Positions 50,245 to 60,160 of a stretch of 64,000 nucleotides of DNA are shown in pieces (the first letter of the stretch is position 1; each line of letters begins with the position of its first letter). The notes under the pieces are model-generated. The model was not told the origin of the DNA. It saw nothing but the letters and a program-made list of their open reading frames with translations, and did no database searches. Both the position numbers and the translations under genes were made by a program. Source of the DNA: Flavobacterium haoranii (GTDB lineage: Bacteria; Bacteroidota; Bacteroidia; Flavobacteriales; Flavobacteriaceae); contig QKBC01000021.1 of assembly GCA_003246205.1 (NCBI GenBank), forward strand, positions 106,398-170,397, written 5' to 3'.

Positions 50245-51207
50245 CTACTTTTCTTCTCGGATCCCTAATTTTGAAGCTATAATACTGATAATGAAAATTT
50301 GCGCAGCATGAAATAGCATTAACGGCAATAAAATAACGCCTGTTGCCATTGTTGGCGGAAACAGAATTTTTGAAAAAATGGTTCCGTGAACCAATGATTT
50401 TTTAGTTCCGCAAAATTGTGCCGTAATCTGGTCTTCTTTATTAAACTGAAGTTTTTGAACAATAAAACCAATTAAGTAATATATCCCGAAGAAAAGCAGT
50501 ATGTCTGCGGCAAATATCAATAGCAAATCGATTATTCTAACAGTAGTAAACACCTTTTCTTCAAACGACTCTGAAAAACTTTTGTAAATAATCAAAAGAA
50601 TTACTGATTTATCAAACAAAGTCAACTGCTTATTGTACTTCGCTGTATATTTTCCTAAAAAACGTTGCAATAGTAATCCTAAAACAACAGGTAACAGAAT
50701 CTCAGTCAACAATTTGAGGTAAATAGCACCTAAATCAAAATCACTCGCCGATTGCTGTAAAAACAAACCCATCCAAAGTGGTGTTATGGCAATCCCTATT
50801 AAACCTGAAATGCTCGCGTTAAAAATAGCTGCCGGAATATTTCCGTTGGCAATAGAAACCATCACAACTGAAGACGAAACCGTAGACGGCAAAGCAGCCA
50901 AAAACAAAAACGCCAGCCAAATCATTTCGCTGTGCTCCGAATGAATTAATGGTTTAAATATTAAAACAATTAAAGGAAACAATAGAAAAGTAGACAACTG
51001 AACTACAACGTGCAATTTCCAATTTTTGAGTCCGCTCTTAATCTTATCAGGATGTAATTTTAATCCATAGAAAAAGAAAATCAATGCAATTCCTAAACTT
51101 CCTATCAAACCTAATGGTACAGGACTACTTTTGGCACCCCATTGTGGAAACAAATAAGCCAACAACACAACACCTATTATGGCTAAAACGAATTTGTCGA
51201 TTTTCAT
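50245..51207 (-). CDS. Bile acid:sodium symporter family transporter
   Basis: LPSTVSSSVV, GNIPAAIFNA, FCGTKKSL, multi-TM. Confidence 0.88.
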   Translation of the reverse strand: MKIDKFVLAIIGVVLLAYLFPQWGAKSSPVPLGLIGSLGIALIFFFYGLKLHPDKIKSGLKNWKLHVVVQLSTFLLFPLIVLIFKPLIHSEHSEMIWLAFLFLAALPSTVSSSVVMVSIANGNIPAAIFNASISGLIGIAITPLWMGLFLQQSASDFDLGAIYLKLLTEILLPVVLGLLLQRFLGKYTAKYNKQLTLFDKSVILLIIYKSFSESFEEKVFTTVRIIDLLLIFAADILLFFGIYYLIGFIVQKLQFNKEDQITAQFCGTKKSLVHGTIFSKILFPPTMATGVILLPLMLFHAAQIFIISIIASKLGIREEK

Positions 51208-51221
51208 TAATTACGGCTAAT

Positions 51222-51578
51222 TTAATCTATCAATTCTTTCTCTAAAAAATAATTCACAACAGCTTCTTTCATTAAAACCGTTTGTTCTCCTGCTTTTAGT
51301 ATAGGTAATTGTTCTTTTACTTTGTAATGCGGCCAGCCGTCATTGTCAAAATGTTCGAATTCATAATACCCATAAGGTTCTAGTAAACGACAAATGGCAA
51401 TGTGCATTAAATTAACTTTTTCATCTTTTTTAAAAGATTGCTTGAACTTTCCCAGTTCCTGAATACCAATCAAATAAATAATTCCATCCAAATCTAATTC
51501 GTCGCCATCGGCAAATTTTTCAGATAATATAGTGACCACGCGTTCCCAACGTGCTTTTAATTGTTCGTCTCTTGACAT
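51222..51578 (-). CDS. Conserved hypothetical protein
   Basis: YLIGIQELG, HIAICRLLEPYGYY, DGWPH. Confidence 0.75.
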   Translation of the reverse strand: MSRDEQLKARWERVVTILSEKFADGDELDLDGIIYLIGIQELGKFKQSFKKDEKVNLMHIAICRLLEPYGYYEFEHFDNDGWPHYKVKEQLPILKAGEQTVLMKEAVVNYFLEKELID

Positions 51579-51585
51579 TTTTTTT

Positions 51586-51716
51586 AAGATGAAAGAAAAA
51601 AGAGAAAAGAAAAAAGATTATTCCCAATTTTCTATATTTGTTTTGCAAAGATAAAGGATGGTTTCGTTTTTTACACAATCTGCTGTCTTTGTTCTTTATT
51701 CTTTCATCTATTTTCT
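51586..51716. repeat. Two oppositely oriented degenerate heptamer arrays around overlapping promoters
   Basis: (AAGANNA)x5 at 51586-51620 and (TCTNNNN)x5 at 51679-51716. Confidence 0.55.
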
Positions 51717-51723
51717 CGAAAAC

Positions 51724-52278
51724 ATGAGTTTTATTGATATTGTATTCGCCGTATTGTTAGGTTATGCTTTGTATAAAGGCATTAAAAACGGACTTTTTGT
51801 GGAATTAGCTTCACTCATTGCTTTAATTGCCGGAATTTTTGTTGCCATTAAATTTTCGTATATACTAAAATCAGTTTTAGAAACCAAAGTGAGTTGGGAA
51901 CCAAAATATATAGAAATTACTGCCTTTGCACTAACGTTTATCATTGTTGTGGTTATTATCCATCTTTCGGCAAAATTATTAACTAAAATAGCCGATTTTG
52001 CTTATTTAGGTTGGATGAATAAATTGGCCGGTGCCTTTTTCAGCGCTTTAAAAACGATTTTGATGTTAAGCGTTGTGATTTTGCTTTTCGAAAAAATGAA
52101 TGTAAACAATATGCTCGTAAAGCAGGAAACACTGGATGAGTCTATTTTTTACAATCCAACAAAGGAAATCTCAACTTTTTTATACCCGAAAATTGAAGAA
52201 TGGTATGAAAATAGCGTTCAGTCTTCCGTTGACAGTGAACAGTCACCACAAAATGATGAACAGACTACTGAAAACTAA
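51724..52278 (+). CDS. CvpA family protein
   Basis: IDIV..G..KG.KNGLF.E..SL, NKLAGA.F. Confidence 0.88.
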   Translation: MSFIDIVFAVLLGYALYKGIKNGLFVELASLIALIAGIFVAIKFSYILKSVLETKVSWEPKYIEITAFALTFIIVVVIIHLSAKLLTKIADFAYLGWMNKLAGAFFSALKTILMLSVVILLFEKMNVNNMLVKQETLDESIFYNPTKEISTFLYPKIEEWYENSVQSSVDSEQSPQNDEQTTEN

Positions 52279-52302
52279 AAACTGAACACTGTTACCTAAA
52301 AA

Positions 52303-54870
52303 TTACCCGCATTTAGACGAACCACAATCTTTACAAGTTAAGCAACCTTCTTGATACATTAAGTTGGTTCCGCCACAATTACCACATTTTTGTCCGCTTG
52401 CGGTTGTCCCGTCCGGAATATAGCGTTTTAAAGCACGAGCCACTCCGTTTTTCCAAGTATTAATTGATTCGTTATCGAGTTGCAATCCATTAATCAATTC
52501 CACTACATTATCGATCTCTAATCCGTGACGTAAAGTTCCGGAAATAAATTTGGCATAATTCCAAAACTCAGGATTGAATCGATATGATAAACCTTCAATC
52601 GTCGTTTTATAACCTCTGGTATTTACATATTGAAAATCGTAACGAGAATTTCCTTTTTCATCTCTGTTTTTAATAATAAAACCATCGTTTACCCAACGCG
52701 GCAATAAAATTCCGTCTTCATCATCGGCTAAACCGGTAAAAATCTCATACGGTTGACCATCAATTTTTCCGATAAAAGCAATCCACTTTTCTTTGTTATT
52801 TTGGAAACGAACCACATCAGCCTCCAAAACTTGTGGCCGTTTGGTTGGGAAAACGCGTTTGAATGTAACATCAATATCTTCAACTTCTTTCTCCTTTTTA
52901 TCGTCTTTGGAAATCAAAACTCCAGAACGTGAACCATCTCTGTAAACGGTTACACCCTTACAACCTACTTCCCACGCTTTTAAGTACAATTGGTTTACCA
53001 ATTCTTCTGTAGCATCATTCGGAATATTAATCGTTACCGAAATAGAGTGATCTACCCATTTTTGAATAGCGCCTTGCATTTCTACTTTGCTTAACCAATC
53101 TACGTCATTAGAAGTAGCTTTATAATAAGGCGATTGCTCAATAATGGCATCTAATTCTTCATCAGCGTAATTTTTTGTGGCATCAATTCCATTGACTTCC
53201 ATCCATTGTTTGAATTTATGATGGAAAACGATGTATTCTTCCCAAGAATCTCCCACTTCATCTACGAAATCTACACGAACATCTTTATCGTTCGGATTTA
53301 CTTTTCTTCTTCTTTTGTATACCGGCATAAATACCGGCTCAATTCCAGATGTAGTCTGTGCCATTAACGAAGTCGTTCCTGTTGGCGCAATCGTCAATAA
53401 AGCGATATTTCTGCGACCATACTTTTGCATATCCAGGAACAACGCTTCATCCGCTTTTTTAATTCTTTGTACAAATGGATTATTCACTTCTCTTTGTGCT
53501 TCAAAAATAGCAAAAGCACCACGCTCTTTTGCCATCTCCACTGACGAACGATATGCAGCTAACGCCAATGTTTTATGAACATTTACTGAAAATTCATTAC
53601 CTTCTTTACTTCCGTAGCGAATTCCTAAAGCAGCTAACATATCGCCTTCTGCGGTAATTCCAACTCCGGTTCTACGGCCTTCTTTCGCTTTTTTTCGAAT
53701 CTCTAACCAAAGATTACGTTCAGTTCGCTTAATTTCATCATCTTCCGGGTCTTTATCAATTTTAGCTAAAATAGTATCTACTTTTTCCAATTCCAGATCG
53801 ATAATATCGTCCATCATTCTTTGTGCATAGCCTACATGCTCTTTGAATAATTCAAAATCGAAATAAGCTTCTTTTGTAAAAGGATTCTTTACATAAGAGA
53901 ATAAGTTAATTGCTAACAAACGACAAGAATCATACGGACACAACGGAATTTCTCCACATGGATTTGTAGAAATGGTTTCATATCCTAAATCTGCATAACA
54001 ATCCGGTAAAGATTCACGAATAATAGTATCCCAAAATAGAATTCCGGGTTCTGCCGATTGCCAGGCGTTATGGACGATCTTTTTCCATAAATCCGCTGCA
54101 TTTATTTTTTTGGATGTCACAGGATTCGGACTAAAGATCGGGTATTTTTGAATGTATTCAGCCCCATTCTTTACTGCTTGCATAAAACCATCGTCTATTC
54201 GAACGGAAACATTAGCTCCTGTAATCTTTCCTTGTTCCAATTTGGCATCAATAAAATCCTCTGCATCAGGATGATTAATAGAAACCGACAACATCAATGC
54301 ACCGCGTCTTCCGTCTTGAGCTACTTCACGTGTTGAATTAGAATAACGTTCCATAAACGGAACCAACCCTGTAGATGTCAAAGCCGAATTTTTTACCGGT
54401 GAACCTTTTGGACGAATATGTGACATATCGTGCCCCACTCCGCCACGACGCTTCATCAGTTGCACTTGTTCTTGGTCAATTTTCATAATTCCACCGTATG
54501 AATCACTTTGCCCCTTATTTCCAATCACAAAACAATTGGATAATGAAGCCACCTGATACGGATTCCCGATTCCTGTCATCGGGCTTCCCTGCGGAATGAT
54601 GTAGGTAAAATTTTTAATCAAATCGTACACTTTCATTTCTGAAAGCGGGTTTGGATATTGGGCTTCGATTCGGGCAATTTCTTTAGCAATCCTATGATGC
54701 ATATCATCGGGCGATTTCTCATAGATATTCCCCACTGAATCTTTTAAAGCATATTTGTTCAACCAAACTCTGGCTGCTAAATCATCTCCTTTAAAATATT
54801 CCAGTGATGCTTGATAGGCTTCTTCATTTGAATAGGTTTGCTTTTTTTGAGCTTCTAAACTTGTATCCAT
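52303..54870 (-). CDS. nrdJ: Adenosylcobalamin-dependent ribonucleotide reductase (class II)
   Basis: SNCF, TNPCGEI, IAPTGT, TVYRDGSR, C-terminal CxxC...EGC..C..CG.SKC; no adjacent beta subunit. Confidence 0.92.
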   Translation of the reverse strand: MDTSLEAQKKQTYSNEEAYQASLEYFKGDDLAARVWLNKYALKDSVGNIYEKSPDDMHHRIAKEIARIEAQYPNPLSEMKVYDLIKNFTYIIPQGSPMTGIGNPYQVASLSNCFVIGNKGQSDSYGGIMKIDQEQVQLMKRRGGVGHDMSHIRPKGSPVKNSALTSTGLVPFMERYSNSTREVAQDGRRGALMLSVSINHPDAEDFIDAKLEQGKITGANVSVRIDDGFMQAVKNGAEYIQKYPIFSPNPVTSKKINAADLWKKIVHNAWQSAEPGILFWDTIIRESLPDCYADLGYETISTNPCGEIPLCPYDSCRLLAINLFSYVKNPFTKEAYFDFELFKEHVGYAQRMMDDIIDLELEKVDTILAKIDKDPEDDEIKRTERNLWLEIRKKAKEGRRTGVGITAEGDMLAALGIRYGSKEGNEFSVNVHKTLALAAYRSSVEMAKERGAFAIFEAQREVNNPFVQRIKKADEALFLDMQKYGRRNIALLTIAPTGTTSLMAQTTSGIEPVFMPVYKRRRKVNPNDKDVRVDFVDEVGDSWEEYIVFHHKFKQWMEVNGIDATKNYADEELDAIIEQSPYYKATSNDVDWLSKVEMQGAIQKWVDHSISVTINIPNDATEELVNQLYLKAWEVGCKGVTVYRDGSRSGVLISKDDKKEKEVEDIDVTFKRVFPTKRPQVLEADVVRFQNNKEKWIAFIGKIDGQPYEIFTGLADDEDGILLPRWVNDGFIIKNRDEKGNSRYDFQYVNTRGYKTTIEGLSYRFNPEFWNYAKFISGTLRHGLEIDNVVELINGLQLDNESINTWKNGVARALKRYIPDGTTASGQKCGNCGGTNLMYQEGCLTCKDCGSSKCG

Positions 54871-55064
54871 AACTTTAGATTTTTAACTCTGTAAAAGTAA
54901 AAAATAAAAATTTTAAAAACAGTTAAATTTAAAAAGTTTACAAATAAAAACATTCAAGTAATTGAAATACAATTATTTAAAAATATAAAAATATCAAAAA
55001 GTTTACAATTTTAAAATATAAATAAAAATTAAAAAAAGATTAATTGTTTTGTTTTTTGATTCAA

Positions 55065-56441
55065 TTAATTTCCACAACCGCCACAACCGCCTCCACAAGA
55101 ACTACCGCAGGAGCTGCCACAGGAACTACTGCAGGAAAAATTATCATGACTAGAATTAAATGTATTTTGATCTCCTAGAGATTCTAATAAGTATGTAAAT
55201 GAAATGGATAACAAAGATGATCCTAATAAAAAATAATTCCATTCCCAACCGTCAAAACGGGTTCTGTCTTTGGGAATAATTTCTTTTTCATAATGACCGG
55301 AAACTTCTTTTAAGACATTGTTATATAAGTATCGCAAATAAATAATACTAATTACGATCAAGGCAATATTTATAAGCACAATAAAGAATATCGGTTTTTC
55401 TCTTGTTAAACCAATGAAGGCTCTGGTTAAACCAACAGTCGAAACAACAGACAGAACCAAAAGATTAACAAAAAACTGTTTTTTGAAAGACACTGAATTT
55501 AATACTGCCGATTTTATGACATCCACAGAGTTCTTTACTTTTAAAAATATAGGCTTTTGTTCTAAGTTTATTAATAAGTGTTCATATTTCCACGACGTTC
55601 GTTCGTTGCAAACATCCATAATCACATTAAATTCGGTTTGCTCATATTCTTCATACTCTTCTTCAGCTTCAAAACTATTCCTAGACACAATTCTCAAATC
55701 TCTATTGACAACCAGATTATTGAGATAACCATGAATTACATTTTTAAGGTGATTCGTTTTTATATAGATTAATTCGCTTGCATTCAGATTACGGATAGCA
55801 GGATTAGTAAAAAGAATTTTAGCTATCTTTTTTAGCTTGATACGATTGTAGATTGTCAGCCCTAAAAAACTAACTGTTACTAAAAGAGCAAAATCAAACA
55901 AAAATTCAGGGTTATTAATTCCAATATAGAAATCATACAAATAACGGCTGAATAAAATCACCCCTATCACCATTATGCCTATAGCTAGTAATACCTGTGA
56001 AACCACGTTGACCTTTGAAGGTTTAAATGTAAATGAGTCTTCAAATGATTGATGAAACCAGAATTCTTTAGGCTGCTCACCAAAATTTCTCTCGTAAAGT
56101 TCTTTTGTTTTAACTACTGCTTTCTCAAACTTTTCTTTTTCTTGTGGATTATGTGTTGAAGGGATATGTTCAATCTTTTTTCCTAAAATCCGGCAAAAAT
56201 CATTATATGATTGGGTAAAGATCAAATGCTGGTGCCAAACCACATCTACGATCTTTGACGGTGAAACCATTACATTCTCAACTGCCGCCAGATACATAAA
56301 TTTTTTGTATTCTTCTATAGCTTTTAACGTAAAAAATGTTGTCCAGTTATTTTCAAATGCTAAACGGGTAATAAATCCATAACCTGACTTTGTATGATCA
56401 AACTCAAAATGTTCAATCTGGTTCCAAATCTCATGATTCAT
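55065..56441 (-). CDS. Glycine-rich-domain (DUF1399-like) membrane protein with Cys/Gly-rich tail
   Basis: F..RLA.EN.W...AIEEYKKF, PS..VD.VWH.HL..T..Y..FC N-terminal domain; TM helices; tail SCSSSCGSSCGSSCGGGCGGCGN. Confidence 0.75.
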   Translation of the reverse strand: MNHEIWNQIEHFEFDHTKSGYGFITRLAFENNWTTFFTLKAIEEYKKFMYLAAVENVMVSPSKIVDVVWHQHLIFTQSYNDFCRILGKKIEHIPSTHNPQEKEKFEKAVVKTKELYERNFGEQPKEFWFHQSFEDSFTFKPSKVNVVSQVLLAIGIMVIGVILFSRYLYDFYIGINNPEFLFDFALLVTVSFLGLTIYNRIKLKKIAKILFTNPAIRNLNASELIYIKTNHLKNVIHGYLNNLVVNRDLRIVSRNSFEAEEEYEEYEQTEFNVIMDVCNERTSWKYEHLLINLEQKPIFLKVKNSVDVIKSAVLNSVSFKKQFFVNLLVLSVVSTVGLTRAFIGLTREKPIFFIVLINIALIVISIIYLRYLYNNVLKEVSGHYEKEIIPKDRTRFDGWEWNYFLLGSSLLSISFTYLLESLGDQNTFNSSHDNFSCSSSCGSSCGSSCGGGCGGCGN

Positions 56442-56821
56442 ATAAACAATTTTCGATTTTTTTAAAAGTAGAAAAATTAGTCTCTTTATATATCTGAAAT
56501 ATGCTTTTTATCTCCTTTAAAAAAGAACTCAACTTATTTTTAGGGTTTCTAATACTAGAACGGCCTTGCGATTTGTCTGATTTGTGAAGTCCTTTGGATT
56601 CCTACTTATTTTTAGCATCCAATCTTGATTTCACCTTAGTAAGTCTATATGACAACTGGCTTAGAATTTTTTCTTTTTTCCAGCCTTAAACTTAAATGTA
56701 GAAGTAATATAAGCTAGTACTATTCTAGCATGATGCCTTTTTATAGCCTTTTAAGATAATGACTAGCCCTTTTAAAAAGAACTTGTAGCCACTATTTTTG
56801 TAATGAAGTTGGTAAGAACAG

Positions 56822-57586
56822 TTATTCTTTCAATTCTTTTATAGCCTCTTTTTTAATCCAACCTTCTGTTTTATCTGTTAATTGAATTCGTTTCCAATTG
56901 TCTAATGTTTCTTTCACGTATACTTTAGTTCCTTCGTGTAGTTCAAAGGCATTTTCCGCACTATTTTTGGGCTCTGATTTTACAAAAACGCTTTCTGCAA
57001 AAACAATTGCCGGCTGAATTTTTCTATCGAAACGTTTTTGTAAAAAAGCGGAAAGCACTGTAATTCCTAAAACACCTAAAACGACAAACATTCCCACAAA
57101 GAAAGCTCGTTTTATATTGGTAATAGCCGAAAAATAATAGCCTACAAAAAACAACAGAAAAACTACCGAGCAGATAACTGCAAACCAAGCCCATCCGTTA
57201 TAACTAAGTAACGAGGTAAAATTATAAACCCATTTAGAAAAACCAACCTGCGGCACTACTTTGATATCATCAATAGCTAGTTTTTGTGCAAAATGTAAAT
57301 TGGTTTTGATAGCTTCATCATTGGGTTTTAATAATAATGCTTTTTCGTAATTATAAACAGAAGGTGCTACTTTACCTAGTTTATAATAACAATTCCCTAA
57401 ATTATAATACAATTCAGCTGAAACTACTTTCTGTTTTTCTATAATAGACTCGTATTGCTGCGCTGCAACTTCATATTTTTCGTTATGGTAATTTTCATTG
57501 GCTTTTTCAAAAATAACTTGCGCGGCATCTTGAGCCAAGATCATATTGGAAATAAAAAATACGATATAAACGATTACTTTGTTCAT
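56822..57586 (-). CDS. batE: BatE (TPR + SH3)
   Basis: YYNLGNCYYK TPR, ELHEGTKV...GWI SH3b; operon position. Confidence 0.88.
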   Translation of the reverse strand: MNKVIVYIVFFISNMILAQDAAQVIFEKANENYHNEKYEVAAQQYESIIEKQKVVSAELYYNLGNCYYKLGKVAPSVYNYEKALLLKPNDEAIKTNLHFAQKLAIDDIKVVPQVGFSKWVYNFTSLLSYNGWAWFAVICSVVFLLFFVGYYFSAITNIKRAFFVGMFVVLGVLGITVLSAFLQKRFDRKIQPAIVFAESVFVKSEPKNSAENAFELHEGTKVYVKETLDNWKRIQLTDKTEGWIKKEAIKELKE

Positions 57587-57589
57587 GAC

Positions 57590-59347
57590 TTATAATTGTT
57601 TTTCCAATTCAGAAATTAAACTTACAGCTTTGTCATAATCTTTTTGCATTGCTACATCTGATGAAGGTGTATAACGGGCAAATTCGCAGTCATTCATCAA
57701 TTGGATAAAATTAGAAACAGTCTCCGTATTTGCTTTTCTATCCAACAATAATTCCTGGATATTTTCTTTACTCATTTCAGAAGTTTCCAAATGTAGTTTC
57801 GCTTTCAGGAAATTATGCAATGCCTTTTCCATAGCCATGTAAAACGGAACTTTATTTCCCATTTGTTTTTTAGCTTCTGAAAGATATTTTTTAGCCAGTT
57901 TATTATTTCTTCTGATTCGGTTTCCAAATTCATCGGCATCCATTGCTTGTTTTTTCCTTCTTACCAAAACAATAACCGGAATGAAGGCAAAAGGAAGCAA
58001 CAAGTACAAATAATAACGAGATGTTCCAAAGAAATCTTCTTTTACTAAAGGCTCAAAAGTAGTGTTTAACTTGATAAACTGAAAGGTATCGTGTTTGGCT
58101 ACTTCTTGCTTGCTTGCCGCGACATTATTTCCTGCTGAAGGATTTTCCGCGCCTTGAGCCACATTAATCTCAATCTCTTTTGAGGTAATCGTTTTATATT
58201 TTTGAGTTGCCAAATCAAAATAAGAGAAGGAAATCGGTTTAATGGTATATTTTCCTTTGTATTGCGGTACAATGGTGTACGTATCCGAAATTTTTCCGGT
58301 CATCCCAGTCAATGGTGTATTGACATTTTCTTGATGTTGCGGATCAAACGCTTCAAATGCACTTGGAAATTCCGGTTTAGGCAGGTTAAACAATTTTAAG
58401 TTTCCGTTTCCTATTACACTAATTTCTAAATCAAGTGATTCGCCGCTTTTTAATTCGTTTTTAGAAGGTTTTACCTGAAAATCAAAACTTCCTACTGCTC
58501 CGGTAAAATCAGCTGGTTTTCCGGCTTCCGGCAATGCTTTTACTGTAATACTTTTGGCTCCGGCCGAAACGGTTTTAGAAGTCGTTTCATAATCCATCAT
58601 TTCGAAGAAACCACCCATTCGTTTACGAACCGGCACATCAACATCTAATTCGATTTTTAACGGTTCTAATTGTTTTACACCGGTTTCTTGCGGATACAAC
58701 AATACTTTTCGCCAGACCACCATAGCATAATCTTGTCCATTATACGTTCCGGGAACGGCTTGCAGCTTATCAATATCAATATGTTGGCTCCAAAAACCAT
58801 TGTATTTAGGATTTTCGACTTCGCGAACATTCCGAACTGAAAAACGCGGGTCAAAATACAACTTGTACACCACAGTTATCGGTTCATTCAAATAAGGATT
58901 TCCTTTAGAAACCTCCGCGACTAAATGAATACCTTCACCTGCTTTATAATCGGGACTATTTGGATCTTTAGGGATTTCTACAGCATTGGTTACTGTTACT
59001 CTAACCGGTTGCGTTTTATAGACCTCATCATCATATTCGATAGCTGCTGACTTAATCGTTAAAGTTCCTTTTTGTTTAGGTTGTAAAATATAGGAATAAC
59101 TTCTGTTAAAAGACTTTACTCCATTCACCCAAGAAAAATTAGTAGACTGAAACGGACCACCTACAACGTTAAAACCATCAAAAGAAGGCGCTTGAAAATT
59201 ATCTCCATCCTGATTAATGGAAAAAGTAACCTGAAGTTTTTCATTTAGTCCAAGGGATGACTTACTCAGCTTAGTCTCAAATTTTACCTCTTGAGCTAAA
59301 GCAGTCATTTGAAATAAAATGAATATGTAAAACAATAGTTTTTTCAT
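57590..59347 (-). CDS. batD: BatD
   Basis: F.GAVG.F, G.GNLKL, CEFARY; operon position. Confidence 0.88.
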   Translation of the reverse strand: MKKLLFYIFILFQMTALAQEVKFETKLSKSSLGLNEKLQVTFSINQDGDNFQAPSFDGFNVVGGPFQSTNFSWVNGVKSFNRSYSYILQPKQKGTLTIKSAAIEYDDEVYKTQPVRVTVTNAVEIPKDPNSPDYKAGEGIHLVAEVSKGNPYLNEPITVVYKLYFDPRFSVRNVREVENPKYNGFWSQHIDIDKLQAVPGTYNGQDYAMVVWRKVLLYPQETGVKQLEPLKIELDVDVPVRKRMGGFFEMMDYETTSKTVSAGAKSITVKALPEAGKPADFTGAVGSFDFQVKPSKNELKSGESLDLEISVIGNGNLKLFNLPKPEFPSAFEAFDPQHQENVNTPLTGMTGKISDTYTIVPQYKGKYTIKPISFSYFDLATQKYKTITSKEIEINVAQGAENPSAGNNVAASKQEVAKHDTFQFIKLNTTFEPLVKEDFFGTSRYYLYLLLPFAFIPVIVLVRRKKQAMDADEFGNRIRRNNKLAKKYLSEAKKQMGNKVPFYMAMEKALHNFLKAKLHLETSEMSKENIQELLLDRKANTETVSNFIQLMNDCEFARYTPSSDVAMQKDYDKAVSLISELEKQL

Positions 59348-59348
59348 T

Positions 59349-60155
59349 TTACCAATCTTTTTCATTTGTAGCAGGCTGCGCCTTTACTTTCTTAGCATTG
59401 ATCTTATCTTGAATATTCTTTTCAGCATTATTAACCGCCTCTAACAAGTTTTCTATCTGTTGTTTATTGGCTCCTGAAGGTTTAGGCTGAGGCTGATTTT
59501 GTTGGTCTTCTTTATCTTTGCCATCACCTTTGTCCTTTTTATCATTTCCTTTATCACTGTTATCTTTCTGGTCGCCTTTATCCTTATCGTTTTTATCCTT
59601 ATTATCGCCTTTGTCTTTATTGTCTTTGTTGTCGCCTTTATCTTTGTTTTGCTGATTTTGTTGGTTCTGCTGATCTTTATTATTGTCACCGCCTTTGTTG
59701 TCTTTATTATCATTTCCTTGTGGCGGATTTTCTTTTAGTTTTTGCTTAGCCAAAGCATAATTGTAACGTGTTTCCTCGTCATGCGGATTATTTCGAAGTG
59801 CATTTTTATACGCTTCAACAGCACCTTGGTAATTTTCTTCCTTCATAAAAGCATTTCCTAAATTATGGAACGCTTTGTGCTTTTGTTCTTTGGTTTTAGC
59901 GGCTTCAATTGCATTGTAAAATTTATATTTAGCTTCGCCAGGATTGTTTTGGCGGTAAATACTATTTCCTAAATTGTAATTCGCTGCTGCTTTTTCGTTT
60001 GCATTATTCGATTGCGAAACTCTAAAATCGGCTTCGGCATCAATATATTTTTTTTGGTCAAAGGCTACAGTACCATCATATAGGTTTTGATCTTTGTTTT
60101 GAGCAAAAATTATTGATGATACAAAAACCGTTAAAGCTACTATAATCCTTTCCAT
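59349..60155 (-). CDS. batC: BatC (TPR with K/D/N/Q low-complexity linker)
   Basis: YNLGN/HNLGN TPRs, KDNKDKGDN repeats, EKDW end. Confidence 0.88.
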   Translation of the reverse strand: MERIIVALTVFVSSIIFAQNKDQNLYDGTVAFDQKKYIDAEADFRVSQSNNANEKAAANYNLGNSIYRQNNPGEAKYKFYNAIEAAKTKEQKHKAFHNLGNAFMKEENYQGAVEAYKNALRNNPHDEETRYNYALAKQKLKENPPQGNDNKDNKGGDNNKDQQNQQNQQNKDKGDNKDNKDKGDNKDKNDKDKGDQKDNSDKGNDKKDKGDGKDKEDQQNQPQPKPSGANKQQIENLLEAVNNAEKNIQDKINAKKVKAQPATNEKDW

Positions 60156-60160
60156 ACATA

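Noticed and set aside
54871-55064. Possible cobalamin riboswitch or NrdR boxes upstream of nrdJ
   Set aside because: Extremely AT-rich; no B12-box or convincing NrdR consensus, only short AAAAGTTTACAA repeats.
59480-59720. Tandem-like repeats in batC
   Set aside because: In-frame low-complexity K/D/N/Q linker typical of BatC; not a CRISPR array or mobile repeat.
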